A DNA stretch of 64,000 nt from Mobula hypostoma (taxonomy: Eukaryota): the NCBI RefSeq assembly GCF_963921235.1, contig NC_086100.1:202370001-202434000 (forward strand), given 5' to 3'. The position numbers and the translations under genes are program-made. Under the pieces are notes generated by a model, which was given only the letters and a program-made list of their open reading frames with translations, searched no databases and was not told the origin of the DNA. Position 1 is the first letter of the stretch. Every line of letters starts with the position of its first letter. Below are positions 12,142 through 24,742 of the stretch, piece after piece.

Positions 12142-12297
12142 GGCAGAGATGAGAAAATCTGCAGATGCTGGAAATTCAAGCAACACACACAAAAAATGCT
12201 GGTGAATGCAGCAGGCCAGGCAGCATCTATAGGAAGAGGTACCTCTTCCTATAGATGCTGCCTTGCCTGCTGCGTTTACCAGCATTTTTTGTGTGTG
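12142..12297. mobile_element. Fold-back (palindromic) insertion of the same Penelope-like terminal repeat, without the ribozyme core
   Basis: Inverted repeat at ~12182-12299 centred on AGGTACCT (12237-12244); 12-bp TSD TTACAAAGGTGT (12130-12141 and 12298-12309). Confidence 0.75.
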
Positions 12298-14049
12298 TTA
12301 CAAAGGTGTTGCCTGGATTGGTGAGCATGCCTTATGAGAATAGGTTGAGTGAACTCGGCCTTTTCTCCTTGGAGCGACAGAGGATGAGAGGTGACCTGAT
12401 AGAGGTGTATAGGATTATGAGAGGCGTTGATTTTCTGGATAGCCAGAGGCCTTTCCCAGGACTGAAATGGCTGACATGAAGGGACATAGTTTTAAGGTGC
12501 TTGGAAGTAGGTACAAGGGGGATGTCAGGGGAAAGTTTTTCACACAGAGAGTGATGGGTGTGTGGAATGCACTGCCAGTGACGGTGGTGGAGGCAGATAC
12601 AAAAGGGTCTTTTAAGAGACTCTTAGATAGGTACATGGAGCTTAGAAAAATAGAGGTCTATACAGTAGGGTAATTCTGGACAGTTGTAGAGTAGGTTACA
12701 TGGTTGGCACAACATTGTGGGCCGAAGGGCCTGTAATGTGCTGTAGATTTTCTGTGTATGTTGTATGAAACTAAAAGGTCTGAAGGTGGATAAGTCACCT
12801 GGACCAGACAGTGTACACCCCAGAATTCTGAAAGAGGTGGCTAAAGAGATTGTGGGGGCATTAGTAATGGTCTTTTAAGAATCACTGAATTCTGAAATGA
12901 TTCCGGAAGACTGGAAAATTGTAAATGTCACTCCACTCTTCAAGAAGGGAGAGAGGCAGAAGAAAGGAAACTGTAGGCCAGTTAATCTGACCTCAGTGAT
13001 TGGGAAGATGTTGGAGTCGAATATTAAGGGTGAGGTCTCAGTGTAGTTGGAGGCATATGATAAAATAGCAGTAGTCAGCATGGTTTCCTCAAGGGAAAAT
13101 TTTGCCTGACAAATCTGTTGGAATTCTTTGAAGAAATAACAAACAGTCGGTTGATGTTGTGTGCTTGGTTTTTCAGAAGGCCTTTGACAAGGTGGCACAC
13201 TTGAGCTGCTTAACAAGCTACGAGCCCGTGGTATTACATGAGAGATTCTGGCAGGGATAAAGCAGTGGCTGATTGGCAGGAGGCAAAGAGTGGAAATAAA
13301 GAGAGCCTTTTCTGGTTGGCTGCCAGTTACTAGTGGTGTTCCGCAGGGGTCTGTATTGGAACTGATTCTTTTTATGTTACATGTTAATGATTTGGTTGAT
13401 GGAATTGATGGCTTTGTTGTAAAGTTTGCAGACAATACAAAGATAGGTGGAGGGGCAGATAGTTTTGAGGAAGTAGAGAGGCTACAGAAAGACTTAGACA
13501 GATTAGAAGAATGGGCAAAAAAATGACAGATGGAACAGTTTCGGGAAGTGTATGGTCATGCACTTTGGTAGAAGAAATGAAAGGGTTGACTTTTTTCTAA
13601 ATGGACAGAAAGTACAAAAAAACTGAGGCACAAACGGACTTGGGAGTGCTTGTGCAGGATTCCCCAACGGTTAATTTGCAGGTTGAGTCCGTGGTGAGGA
13701 AGGCACATACGATGTTAGCATTCATTTCGAGAGGACTAGAATATAAAAGCAAGGATGTAATGTTGAGACTTTATAAAGCACTGGTGAGGCTACACTTAGA
13801 AGATTGTGAGCAGTTTTGAGCCCCTTAGGGCACGAAGGGATACGGGGGTGGGGGGAGCGGGTGGTGGAATGAAGGAGATTGGGGCTGAGAGGAAAATTGG
13901 ATCAGCCATGATGAAATGGTGCAGCAGATTTCATGAGCCAAATGGTCTAATTCTGCTGCTATAGCTTATAGTCTTATGGTTTTGTTAAAGTTGTATAAGT
14001 CCTAATTCGAAGTATTGTATACAGCTGTAAGAAGTGAGCATTGTCTGGG

Positions 14050-14310
14050 TGGTGGGATCCCTGATGATGGATGCTGCTTTCCTGCAACAACACTCTACGT
14101 AGATGTGCCCAATGGTGGAGCAGACTTTACCTGTGATGGACTAGGCCATATCCACTGCTTTTTGTAGGATTTCCCATTCAAGACGTTAGTGTTTTCATAC
14201 CAGGCTATGATGCAACCAGTTAGTATACTCTCCGCTACACATCTATAGAAGTTTGTCAAAGTTTTTGATGCCATGCCAAATCTTTGCAAACCCTCCGGAA
14301 AGCCATCACA
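14050..14310 (-). mobile_element. Rex1/Babar-like LINE fragment
   Basis: TLTNFYRCVAESILTGCIIAWY, homologous to the element at 52902-54022. Confidence 0.7.
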
Positions 14311-14519
14311 GGGGCGGAGTGGAAATTCTGGAGCAAACTTGAATCAATGAGGGATGCTTGAAAGCTGTGGCAGGACATGAGTGCTATCACCTCCTACAAA
14401 GTTGAATGAAGTGACATCGGAGACAGCTGGGCTCCACTTCCAGGTGAATTGAATGCCTTCTCTGCACACTTTGTCTGTTAGAGCATTGAGAAACAACTGT
14501 GCACCCCCACATACAGTCA

Positions 14520-15075
14520 GAGAGTACTGAGAAAAGTACCAGCACTGAAATAGGATCTTCAGCCTATCTAGTCTGTATGGCACCATTTAACTGACTACTC
14601 CCATCGATCAGCACCAGTACCATAGCCCTCCATACCCCTAACATGCATGTACCCATCCAATGCTCTTAAGTGTTGAAATCAAGCTGACATACACTACTTG
14701 TGCTGGGACATCGTTCCACACTCTCATGACCTTCTGAGTGAACAAGCTTCCCCTCATGTTCCCGTTAAACATTTCACCTTTCATCTTCAACCCATGACCT
14801 CTGATTGTAGTCCCACGCAACCTCAGTGGAAAAAGCCCGCTAACATTGACCCTATCTATCTCTCAATTAGCGATTAATATGAAGAACATGAGATAAGCAG
14901 TCCTTGAAAGTGAGTCCATAGGTTACCCTTTTCCTGAATCCAGGATAAAGTTCCAATCTATTCAATCTTTCCTTGCAACTCAGGTCCTCCAGACCTGGCA
15001 ACATCCTTATGAATTTTCTCTGTACTCTTTCAACCTTGTTTACATCTTTCCTTCAGGTAGGTGACTAAAACTGAA
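14520..15075 (-). mobile_element. CR1 3' fragments, antisense
   Basis: IRGHGLK...FTQKVMRVWN, a CR1 ORF2 C-terminal motif. Confidence 0.65.
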
Positions 15076-17254
15076 CATATTAAAAAAGAGTTTCGCTGGG
15101 CTCAACACATTAGTAGCATAGCAATCGACTTGCATAGAGAGAGAGAGCTTCGTGCAGGTCAGGGAGAAGAGTTTTAAAAAGGTGCATTTCATGGGCCTCG
15201 GTGCATTAGCAGCATACCAATTGATTTGCAGAGAGAGAGAGTTTCGCACAGATCGGGCAGAAGGGTTTGAGAAAGGCGTGTTTCATGAGGCTCAGCGCAT
15301 TAGCAGCAGACCAATTGATCTGCGATTTATTAACAGGAGCAGATAAGAGTCAAGCAGGGTCAAAGAGCAGCCATTGTGTGAGCATAGGAGTGGTAACTTG
15401 AGGCTTTGGCTCAAGAGACCAGCAAGGAGGCACAGGTAAGTAGCAGGTAAGGCTTTTGTCGTGGTTGAACAAAAAGTCAGTAAGATACAGCTAATTAAAT
15501 AAAGTAGGGATGATGCAGGATCAGGTGATGAGCTGTAGCTGCATGATGTGGGAGCTGGTGGACCCCACTGTGGTTCCTGGTGACCACATCCGCAGCAAGT
15601 GTTGGCTGCTTGAAGAACTCGGGCTCAAAGTTGAGGACCTGGAATCTGAGTTTCAAACCCTGCGGCACTTCAGGGAGGGGGAGAGTTACCTGGATTCTCT
15701 GTTTCAGGAGGTAGTCTCACCCATTAGATTAGCTGCCTCAAATTCGGTCTGTAGTCAGACAAAAGAGGGTGTAACTGCGAGTGAGGTGGGTAGTGGGATC
15801 CAAGAGACAGTGCTGGAGGAGCCTCAGCCCTTGAGCTTGTCCAACAGGTCTGAGATTCTTGCTCCCTGTGTGGATGAGAGTGGGGGCTGTAGGAAGGACG
15901 AGCAACCTAACTGTGGCACCGAAGTTCAGGCAGCTATTCAAGAGGAGGGTGAGAAGTGAAATGTAGTAGCGATTGGGGATAGTATAGTCAGGGGAATAGA
16001 CAGAGTTCTCTGTCGCAAGGATACAGCATCCCGAAGGCTGTGTTACTTGCCTGGTGTCTGGGTTCGGGAGATCTTACCTGACCTGCAGAGGAATTTGCAG
16101 TGGGAGGGGAAAGATCCAGTTGTTGTGGTCCATGTGGTGACCAATGTCATAGGTAGAATGAGGAAAGAGGTTCTGCTGAGGGAATTTGAGCAGCTAGGGA
16201 CTAAATTAAAAAGCAGAATGAAAAATGTGGTATCTCTGGATTACTACCTGAGCCATCTGCAAATTGGTAGAGGGTCAAGAGTTAAATGCATGACTCAAGC
16301 ATTGGTGTGGGAGGAGTGGGTTTGAATTCGTGGGAAGTTGGCGCCAGTATTGGGAAGGAGGGAGCTGTTCCAATGAGACAGTCTCCACCTGAACCGTGAT
16401 GGCACCTGGATCCTAGTGAACCGCATAACTAGGGCTGTGGATAGGGCTTTAAACTAAATAGTAGGGAAGTGGGTTCAACAGATTGGAGAAGAAAAATAAA
16501 AGAGATAAGTGTGGATCAAGATAACGAAAAAGCAAAAGATGAACAAGAGAAAAGTAAGAGTGGAGTGAAGAAAAGTCAAGTGCAAAAGAGTAAAAGATTA
16601 CAAGATTTTAAAGGCACGGTGAGTGTAAGGGCACTTTATCTGAATGCCCGTAGTATTCGTAGTAAGGTCAGTGAACATGTGGCACAAATCAATACAAAGG
16701 GATATGATTTAGTGGCCATCACAGAGACATGGTTGCAGGGTGGAGAGGATGGGGAATTAAATATCCAAGGAGATCAGGTAATACGGAAGGATAGGCAGGA
16801 ATGTAAGGGAGGTGGGGTATTGCTCTCAATTAAAGATGAGATCAGGGCAAAAGCGAGAGACAATATAAGATCTAAGGAGCAGAATGTTGAATCCATCTGG
16901 GTAGAGATTAGAAATAGTAAAGGGAAAAAATCACTGGTGGGAGTTGTCTATTGGCCACTGAATAATAAGATTACAGTGGCAGAGGCAATAAACTGAGAAA
17001 TATCTGAGGCATGTCAGAATGGAACAGTAGCTATCATGGGGGGAATCTAACTTGAATATAGATTGGGTGAATCAACTTGGTCGAGGCATTCCTGAAGAGG
17101 ACTTCACAGAATGCATCCATAAACAGCATGTTAATGAACCTACAAGGGAACGTGCTATCTTAGATCTGATCCTGTGCAACGAGACAGGTAAAATCAGTGA
17201 TCTTGTAGTTAGTGTCATCTTGGGAAGAGTGATCACAGTATGATTGAATTTCTC

Positions 17255-18072
17255 ATTTTCATTTTTAAATCTTTTGATTAATTATTATTGAAAATCAACA
17301 AAAAAATTAAAATAATCAAGTCAACATATCAATATGTACAATAAGAATTAAATTATCAAATAACTGATTAACCAAGCTAAACAATATATCAATAATAATA
17401 AGAAAAAACAAAATGTTAAAACTTTTTTTTTGGAAAAAAGAAAGAAGGAAAAAAGAACCCCTATTAACTAAAACAAAAAAAAACCCTACTACCAAAAAAA
17501 AAGAAAAAAAAAACCCCATTGGGAGCACAACCCCGGAGCTATACGCCATACAAGCTTCCATAAAACAAAAACATCAATCCGCCAACCAAATCCATTAACA
17601 CAAGAATCACAAGGAAACCATATTAATTAACTCAAATCAGATGATAGTAGTGGACAAAAGAACCCCACCTTTTCTCAAAGTCAAATCGAGGATCAAAAGT
17701 TCGACTTCTGATTTTCTCCAAACTAAGACATAACATCACCTGAGAGAACTATTGTATCAGAGTGGGAACAGAGACATCTTTCCATTTTAATAAAATAGCC
17801 CTTCTGGCCAATAATGTGACAAAAGCAATTACAAATGTTTGTACATGTTGGTCTGATATAGAAATACCATGAATATATTGAGGGATCATACTGAACAAAA
17901 CTGTTAATTTATTAGGTTGTAAATTAATTTTTAAAGCTTTAGAAATTGTAGAAAAAATAGATTTCCAAAACTGTTTCAATATAGAACATGACCAAAACGT
18001 GTCAATATAGCTGTCTCAGTTTTACATCTATCACACTGACTATTAGCATTAGAAAATATTTTAGACAGTCTC
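17255..18072 (-). mobile_element. 5'-truncated L1-clade LINE
   Basis: FWKSIFSTISKAL...LLARRAILLKWK (L1 ORF2 C-terminus); A-rich tail; 10-bp TSD TGAATTTCTC (17245-17254 and 18073-18082). Confidence 0.8.
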
Positions 18073-18363
18073 TGAATTTCTCTGACAAATGGAGGGTGCA
18101 ATAGTTCAATCTAAAACCAGTGTATTATGCCTACACAATGGAGACTACTATGGGATAAGGGAGGATCTGGTTAGAGTAGACGAGGGCCACAGGCTATATG
18201 GTGAGACAGTTGAGGAACAGTGGAAGACTTTCAAAGAGATTTTTCATGGTGCTGAACAAAAGTATATTCCAAGGACAGTAAGGGTGGGGAGCCAGCCTTG
18301 GATAACTAAAGTAAAAGAAGGCATCAGACGAAAAGCTCAAGCATACAAAATCACCAAGAGTAG

Positions 18364-21300
18364 AACATAGAAAATAGAAAACCTACAGCACAATACAGGC
18401 CCTTCAGCCCACAAAGCTGTGCTGAACATGTCCTTACTATAGAAATTACCTAGAGTTACCCACAGCCCTCTATTTTTCTGAGCTCCATGTACCTATTTAG
18501 AAGTTTGTTAAAAGACCCTGTCATATCCGTCTCCACCACCAGCGCCGGCAGCCCATTCCACACATTTACCACTCTCTGCATTTCAAAACAAACAAACAAA
18601 CAAACTTACCCCTGACATCCCTTCTGTACCTACTTCCAAGCACCTTAAAACTGTGCCCTCTCGTGTTAGCCATTTCAGTCCTTGGAAAAAGCCTCCAACT
18701 GTCAATGTCTCTCATCATCTTATACACCTCTATCAGGTCGCCTCTCATCCTCTGTCACTCCAAGGCCGAGTTCACTCAAACTATTCTCATAAGGCAGCAA
18801 GAAGGCTGCGAGTGAACGGCTGATTTCTGGAGTGAGGGATTTTTTTTTACTACTTGGGGTAAAAGAGAGGCAAGACTGCGCAGGCACGTGATGTCAGCCA
18901 GTAGAGCGCCAAAGGTTTAAAAAGAAGACTGCCATATCCAGTGGGCAGCATCGGAGCGGGCAACGGAGTGAGAGGCAGCAGAGTGATCGGGCTTTGGCTC
19001 AACAGGCTTAGGCAGTAACGGAACAAGGTAAGGTAGGTCTACCTGTGTTATTTGCAGAACGGAAATATGTGTGTGAAGCCAGCGTTCTGTGCTCGGTGTC
19101 AGATGTGGAAAGTCCTGGAGTCTCCCAGCCTCCCAGACGGCCATATATGCACCCCATGTGTCGAGCTGCAGCTCCTAAGGCATAGAGTTAGGGAACTGGA
19201 GATGCAGCTCGATGACCTTCGTCTGGTCAGGGAGAGTGAGGAGGTGATAGAAAGGAGTTATAGACAGGTGGTCACACCGGGCCACGGGAGACAGACAAGT
19301 GGGTCACAGTCAGGAGGGGGAAGGGGAAGAGTCAGGTACTAGAGAGTACCCCTGTGGCTGTACCCCTTGACAATAAGTACTTTTGTTTGAGTACTGTTGG
19401 GGGAGACAGCCTAACTGGGGGAAGCCACAGTGGCCGTGTCTCTGGCACAGAGTCTGGCCCTGTGGCTCAGAAGGGTAGGGAAAGGAAGAGGAAGGCAGTA
19501 GTGATAGGCGACTCTATAGTTAGGAGGTCAGGCAGGTGATTCTGTGGATGCAGGAAAGAAACTCGGATGGTAGTTTGCCTCCCAGGTGCCAGAGTCCGGG
19601 ATGTTTCAGATCGTGTCCATGATATCCTGCAGTGGGAGGGAGAACAGCCAGAGGATGTGGTAGATATTGGTACCAATGACATAGGTAGGAAAAGGGAGGA
19701 GGTCCTGAAAACAGACTACAGGGAGTTAGGAAGGAAGTTGAGAAGCAGGACCTCAAAGGTAGTAATCTCGGGATTACTGCCTGTGTCATGTGACAGTGAG
19801 TACAGGAATAGAGTGAGGTGGAGGATAAATGTGTGGCTAAGGGATTGGAGCAGGGGGCAGGGATTCAGATTTCTGGATCATTGGGACCTCTTTTGGGGCA
19901 GGTGTGACCTGTACAAAAAGGACAGATTACACTTGAATCCCAGGGGGACCAATATCCTGGCCAGGGAGGTTTGCTAAGGCTACTGGGGAGAGTTTAAACT
20001 AGAATTGTTGGGGGGTGGGAACCGAACTGAAGAGACTGGGGAAAAGGCTGTTGGCTCACAAATAGAGAAAGCTTGGAGACAGTGTATGAGAGAGGATAGG
20101 CAGGTGATAGAGAAGGGACGCACTCAGACCAACGGTTTCAGATGCATCTATTTTAACGCAAGGTGTATTGTGTACAAAGCGGATGAGCTTAGAGCATTTA
20201 TCAGTACCTGGAGATGTGATGTGGGCTTTTACAGAGACTTGGATGGCTCAGGGACAGGAATGGTTACTTCAAGTGCCGGGTTTTAGATGTTTCAGAAAGG
20301 ACAGGGAGGGAGGCAAAAGAGGTGGGGTGTGGCACTGTTGATCAGAGATAGAGTCACAGCTGCAGAAAATGTGGACGCCATGGAGGGATTGTCTACTGAG
20401 TCTCTGTGGGTGGAGGTTAGAAACAGGAAGGGGTCAATAACTTCACTGAAAAGAAAAGCTTACAAATGGTTCGGAGAGCTAGGTAATGTCAGAGATCTAG
20501 AAGATTATAAGGCTAATAGGATGGAGCTTAAGAAGGAAATTAAGAGAGCCAGAAGGGGCCATGAGAAGGCCTTGGCGGGCAGGGTTAAGGAAAACCCCAA
20601 GGCATTCTACAAGTATGTGAAGAGCAAGAGGATAAGACATGAAAGAATAGGACCAATCAAGTGTGACGGTGGGAAAGTGTGTATGGAACCGGAGGAAATA
20701 GCAGAGGTACTTAATGAATACTTTACTTCAGTATTCACTATGGAAAAGGATCTTGGTGATTGTAGTGATGACTTGAAGCAGACTGAAAAGCTTGAGCTCT
20801 TCCTTCATCAATCTGTTTTGTCACATCCTCAAAAAATTCATTCAGGCTCATAAGGCACGACCTGCCCTTGACAAAGCCATGCTGACTATTCCTAATCATA
20901 TTATACCTCTCTAGATCCCTCTCCTCTCAGGATCTTCTTCATCAACTTACAAGCCACTGAGTTAAGACTCACTGGTCTATAATGTCTTGAATAAAGGAAC
21001 AACATCCACAACCCTCCAATCCTCTGGAACCTCTCCCATCCCCATTGATGATGCAAAGATCATCGCCAGAGGCTCAGCAATCTCCTCGCTTGCCTCCCAC
21101 AGTAGCCTGGGGTACACCTCATCCAGTCCTGGCGACTTGTCCAACTTAATGCTTTCCAAAAGCTCCAGCACATCCTCTTTCTTAATATCTACATGCTCAA
21201 GCTTTTCAGTCCACTGTAAGTCATCCTGGCAATCTCTGAGATCCTTTTCCATTGTGAATACTGAAGCAAAGTATTCATTAAGTACCTCTGTTACCTCCTT

Positions 21301-22396
21301 TGGTTCTATACACACCTTTCCACTGTCACACGTGATTGGTCCCATTCTCTCACGTCTTATCCTCTTGCTCTTCACACACTCATAGAATGCCTTTGGGTTT
21401 TCATTAATCCTGTTCGCTAAGGCCTTCTCGTGGCCCCTTCTGGCTCTCCTAATTTCATTCTTAAGCTCCTTCCTGCTTGCCTTATAATCTTCAAGATCTC
21501 TATCATTACCTAGTTTTTTGAACTTTTTGTAAGCTCTTTTCTTCTTGACTAGATTTACAACAGCCTTTGTACACCACAGTTCCTGTACCCTGCCATCCTT
21601 TCCCTGTCTCATTAGAACATACCTATGCAGAACGCCATGCAAATATCCCCTGAACATTTGCTACATTTCTGCCTTAGGTTGCCCTGAGAACATTTGTTCC
21701 CAGTTTATGCTCCCAGTTTCGTGCCTGGTAGCCTCATAATTCCACTTACTCCAATTAAACGCTTTTCTAACATGTCTGTTCCTATCCCTCTCCAATGGCA
21801 TGGTAAAGGAGATGAAATTATGATCACTATCTCCAAAATGCTCTCCCACTGAGAGATCTGACACCTGACCAGGTTCATTTCCCAATACTGAGTCAAGAAC
21901 AGTCTTTCCTCTTGTAGGCTTATCTACATATTTTGTCAGGAAACCTTCCTGAACACACCTAACAAACTCCACCCCATTTAAACCCCTTACTCTAGGGGAG
22001 ATGCCAATCAATATTTGGGAAATTAAAATCTCCCACCATGACAACCCTGTTATTATTACGCCTTTCCAGAATCTATCTCCCTATCTGCTCCTCGATGTCC
22101 CTGTTACTATTGGGTGGTCTATAAAAAACACCCAGTAGAGCCATTGACCCCTTCCTGTTACTAACTTCCACCCACAGAGACTCCGTAGACAATCCCTCCA
22201 TGACTTCCTCCTTTTCTGCAGCTCTGCCCCCACCTCTTTTGCCTCCCTCCCTGTCCTTTCTGAAACTTCTAAAGTCTGGCACTCTAAGTAACCATTCCTG
22301 CCCCTGAGCCATCCAAGTCTCTGTAATGGCCACAACATCATAGCTGAAAGTACTGATCCACGCTCCAAGCTCATCCTCTTTGTTCATAATACTCAC
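18364..22396 (-). mobile_element. Antisense CR1 (18364-18795 and 20798-22396), interrupted by a sense CR1 5' portion
   Basis: Minus-strand endonuclease/tether ORFs at 20977-22396 and a 3' tail at 18364-18795; the host CR1 rejoins as CAAGAGTAG|TGGGAAACTGG. Confidence 0.75.
18796..20797 (+). mobile_element. CR1 5' portion (5'UTR, ORF1 with esterase, start of ORF2), lacking a 3' end
   Basis: CARCQMW...HICTPC zinc finger; VVIGDSIVR, IGTND and DRLHLN SGNH motifs. Confidence 0.8.
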
Positions 22397-24742
22397 TGGG
22401 AAACTGGAAGATTGGGAAAAGTTTAAAAAGCAACAAAACCCACTAAGCGAGCAATAATTAAAGAGAAGTTAGATTACGAAAATAAACCTGCACAAAATAT
22501 AAAAATGGATAGTAGATGTTTTATAATTACATAAAACTAAAGGGTGGCTAAAGTGAATGGAGGTCCCTTGGAGAATTGATACTGGATAATGAGGAAATGG
22601 GAGAGGCTTTGGATCACTTTTTTGCGTCAGTCTTCATGGTGTAGAACACGTCTAACATGCCAAAGAGAGATGTTATGGATGTGATGGGAGGTGAGGACCT
22701 CGATACGATAGGTATCACTAAGGAGGTAGTGCTGAGCAAACTTATGGGCCTGAAGATAGACAAATCGCCTGGTCCTGATGGAATGCATCCCAGGGTACTG
22801 AAAGAAATGATAGAAGTTATAGTGGAGGCTTTGGTGATAACTTACCAAAATTCTCTGGACTCTGGGCAGGTCCCAGCTGATTGAAAGATGGCAAATCTCA
22901 CTCCACTGTTCAGAAAAGGATGTAGGCAAAAGGCAGGTGACTATAGGCCAGTTAGTTTAACATCTGTAGTTGGGAAAATGCTTGAAGCTATCATTAAAGA
23001 AGAAATAGTGGGCATCTGGAAAGAAATGGATCCATCAGGCAGACACAGCATGGATTCAGCAAGGGCAGATCCTGTTTGACAAACTTACTGGAGTTCTTTG
23101 AGGGTATAATGAGTACAGTGGATAGAGGGGGACAGATGGACGTTATTTACTTGGATTTGCAGAAGGTGTTTGATAAGGTGCCACATAAAAGACTTATCCA
23201 TAAGATAAGGATTCATAGAGTTGGGGATGATGTATTAGCATGGATAGAGGATTGGTTAACTAATTGAAAGCAGAGAGTTGGGGTACATGGGTGTTTCTCT
23301 GGTTGGCAGATGGTGGTGAGTGGTGTGTCGCAGGGGTCAGTGCTGGGCCCACAACTGTTCACGATATGACGATATGCATTAATGATCTGAAAGAGGGAAC
23401 TGAGTGCAATGTATCGAAGTTTGCTGTTGACACTAAATTAAGTGGAAAAGCAAATTGTACAGAAGATACAGAGAGTCTGCAGAGAGATATAGATAGGTTA
23501 AGTGAGTGGGCAAGGGTCTGCCAGTTGGAGTATAATGTTGGTACATATGAGGTCATCCACTTTGGAAGGAAAAATGAAACAGCAGATTATTATTTAAATG
23601 GTAAAAAATTGCAGCATGATGCTATATAGAGGGACTTAGGAGGTGCTTGTGCATGAATCACAAAAGGTTGGTTTGCAGGTGCAGCAGGCTATCAAGAAGG
23701 CAAGTGGAATGTTGGCCTTTATTGCTGGATTAGATTAGATTATGAGGACACTAAGTCCTCGTTTATTGCCATTTAGAAATGCAAGCATTAAAAATGATAC
23801 AACGTTCCTCCAGAATGATGTCACAAGAAAACATAGGAGGGATTGAATTTAAGAGCAGGGAGGTCATGCTGCAACTATACAGGGTACTGGTGAGGTCGCA
23901 CCTGGAGTACGTTGTGCAGTTCTGGTCTCCATACTTGAGGAGGGATATACTGGCTTTGGAGGCGGTGCAGAGGAGGTTCACCGGGTTGATTCCAGAGATG
24001 AGGGGGTTAGACTATGAGGAAAGATTGATTTGCCTGGGACTGTACTCACTGGAATCTAAAAGAATGAGATTTTATAGAAACATATAAAATTATGAAAGGG
24101 CTAGATAATATAGAGGCAGGAATGTTGTTTCCACTGGTAGGTGAGACTAGAACTAGGGGATTTAGCCTCAATATTCGAGGGAGTAGATTTAGGATGGAGA
24201 TGGGGAGGAACTGCTTTTCCCAGAGAGTGGTGAATCTGTGGAATTCTCTGCCCAATGGAGTAGTGGAGGCTACCTCAGTAAATATATTTAAAACAAGGTG
24301 GATAGATTTTTGCACAGTAGGAGAATTAAGGGTTATGGGGAAAAGGCAGGTAGGTGGAGATGAGTCCACGGCCAGATCAGCCATGATCTTATTGAATGGC
24401 GGAGCAGGCTCGACAGGCCAGATGGCCGACTCCTGCTCCTATTTCTTATGTTCTTATGTCCTGCCTTCAGGAAGAAGATTCAGGATCCTCAGGACTCACA
24501 CCACCATGTTCAGGAAGATTTACTACCCCTCAACCCATTAGGCTCTTGAATTAGAAGGAATAACTTCACTCAAATTCACGTGCCCCATCACTGAACTGTT
24601 CCCACAACCTATGGACTCACGTTCAAGGATACTTCATCTCATGTTCTCGATATTTCTTGTTTATTTGTTATATGTCCTATATGCTGACATTGACATACTT
24701 TGATAATAAATTTACTTTGTTTGAACTTTGATACACAAATGC

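Larger units (their letters stand above)
9604..12766 (+). mobile_element. CR1 LINE (ORF1 tail, APE-RT ORF2, 3' tail), decayed
   Basis: CVYFNA endonuclease start, KRGGGVALL, QHGF, FADD-region remnants and a CR1 3' tail. Confidence 0.85.
9084..13985 (+). mobile_element. Older decayed CR1 LINE (9084-9603 and 12767-13985), split by a second CR1
   Basis: ORF2 sequence breaks at GTTCTTGGGA (~9600) and resumes at AAACTAAAAGGTCTGAAGG (~12768); contains SGVPQGSVL and KFADNTK. Confidence 0.75.
15080..24460 (+). mobile_element. Near full-length decayed CR1 LINE hosting nested L1, CR1 and small insertions
   Basis: 5'UTR with tandem monomers; ORF1 zinc finger/coiled coil (15510-15959) and SGNH esterase remnants; ALYLNARSI endonuclease; RT at 22650-23630; TCTTATG tail at ~24445-24460. 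Confidence 0.8.
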
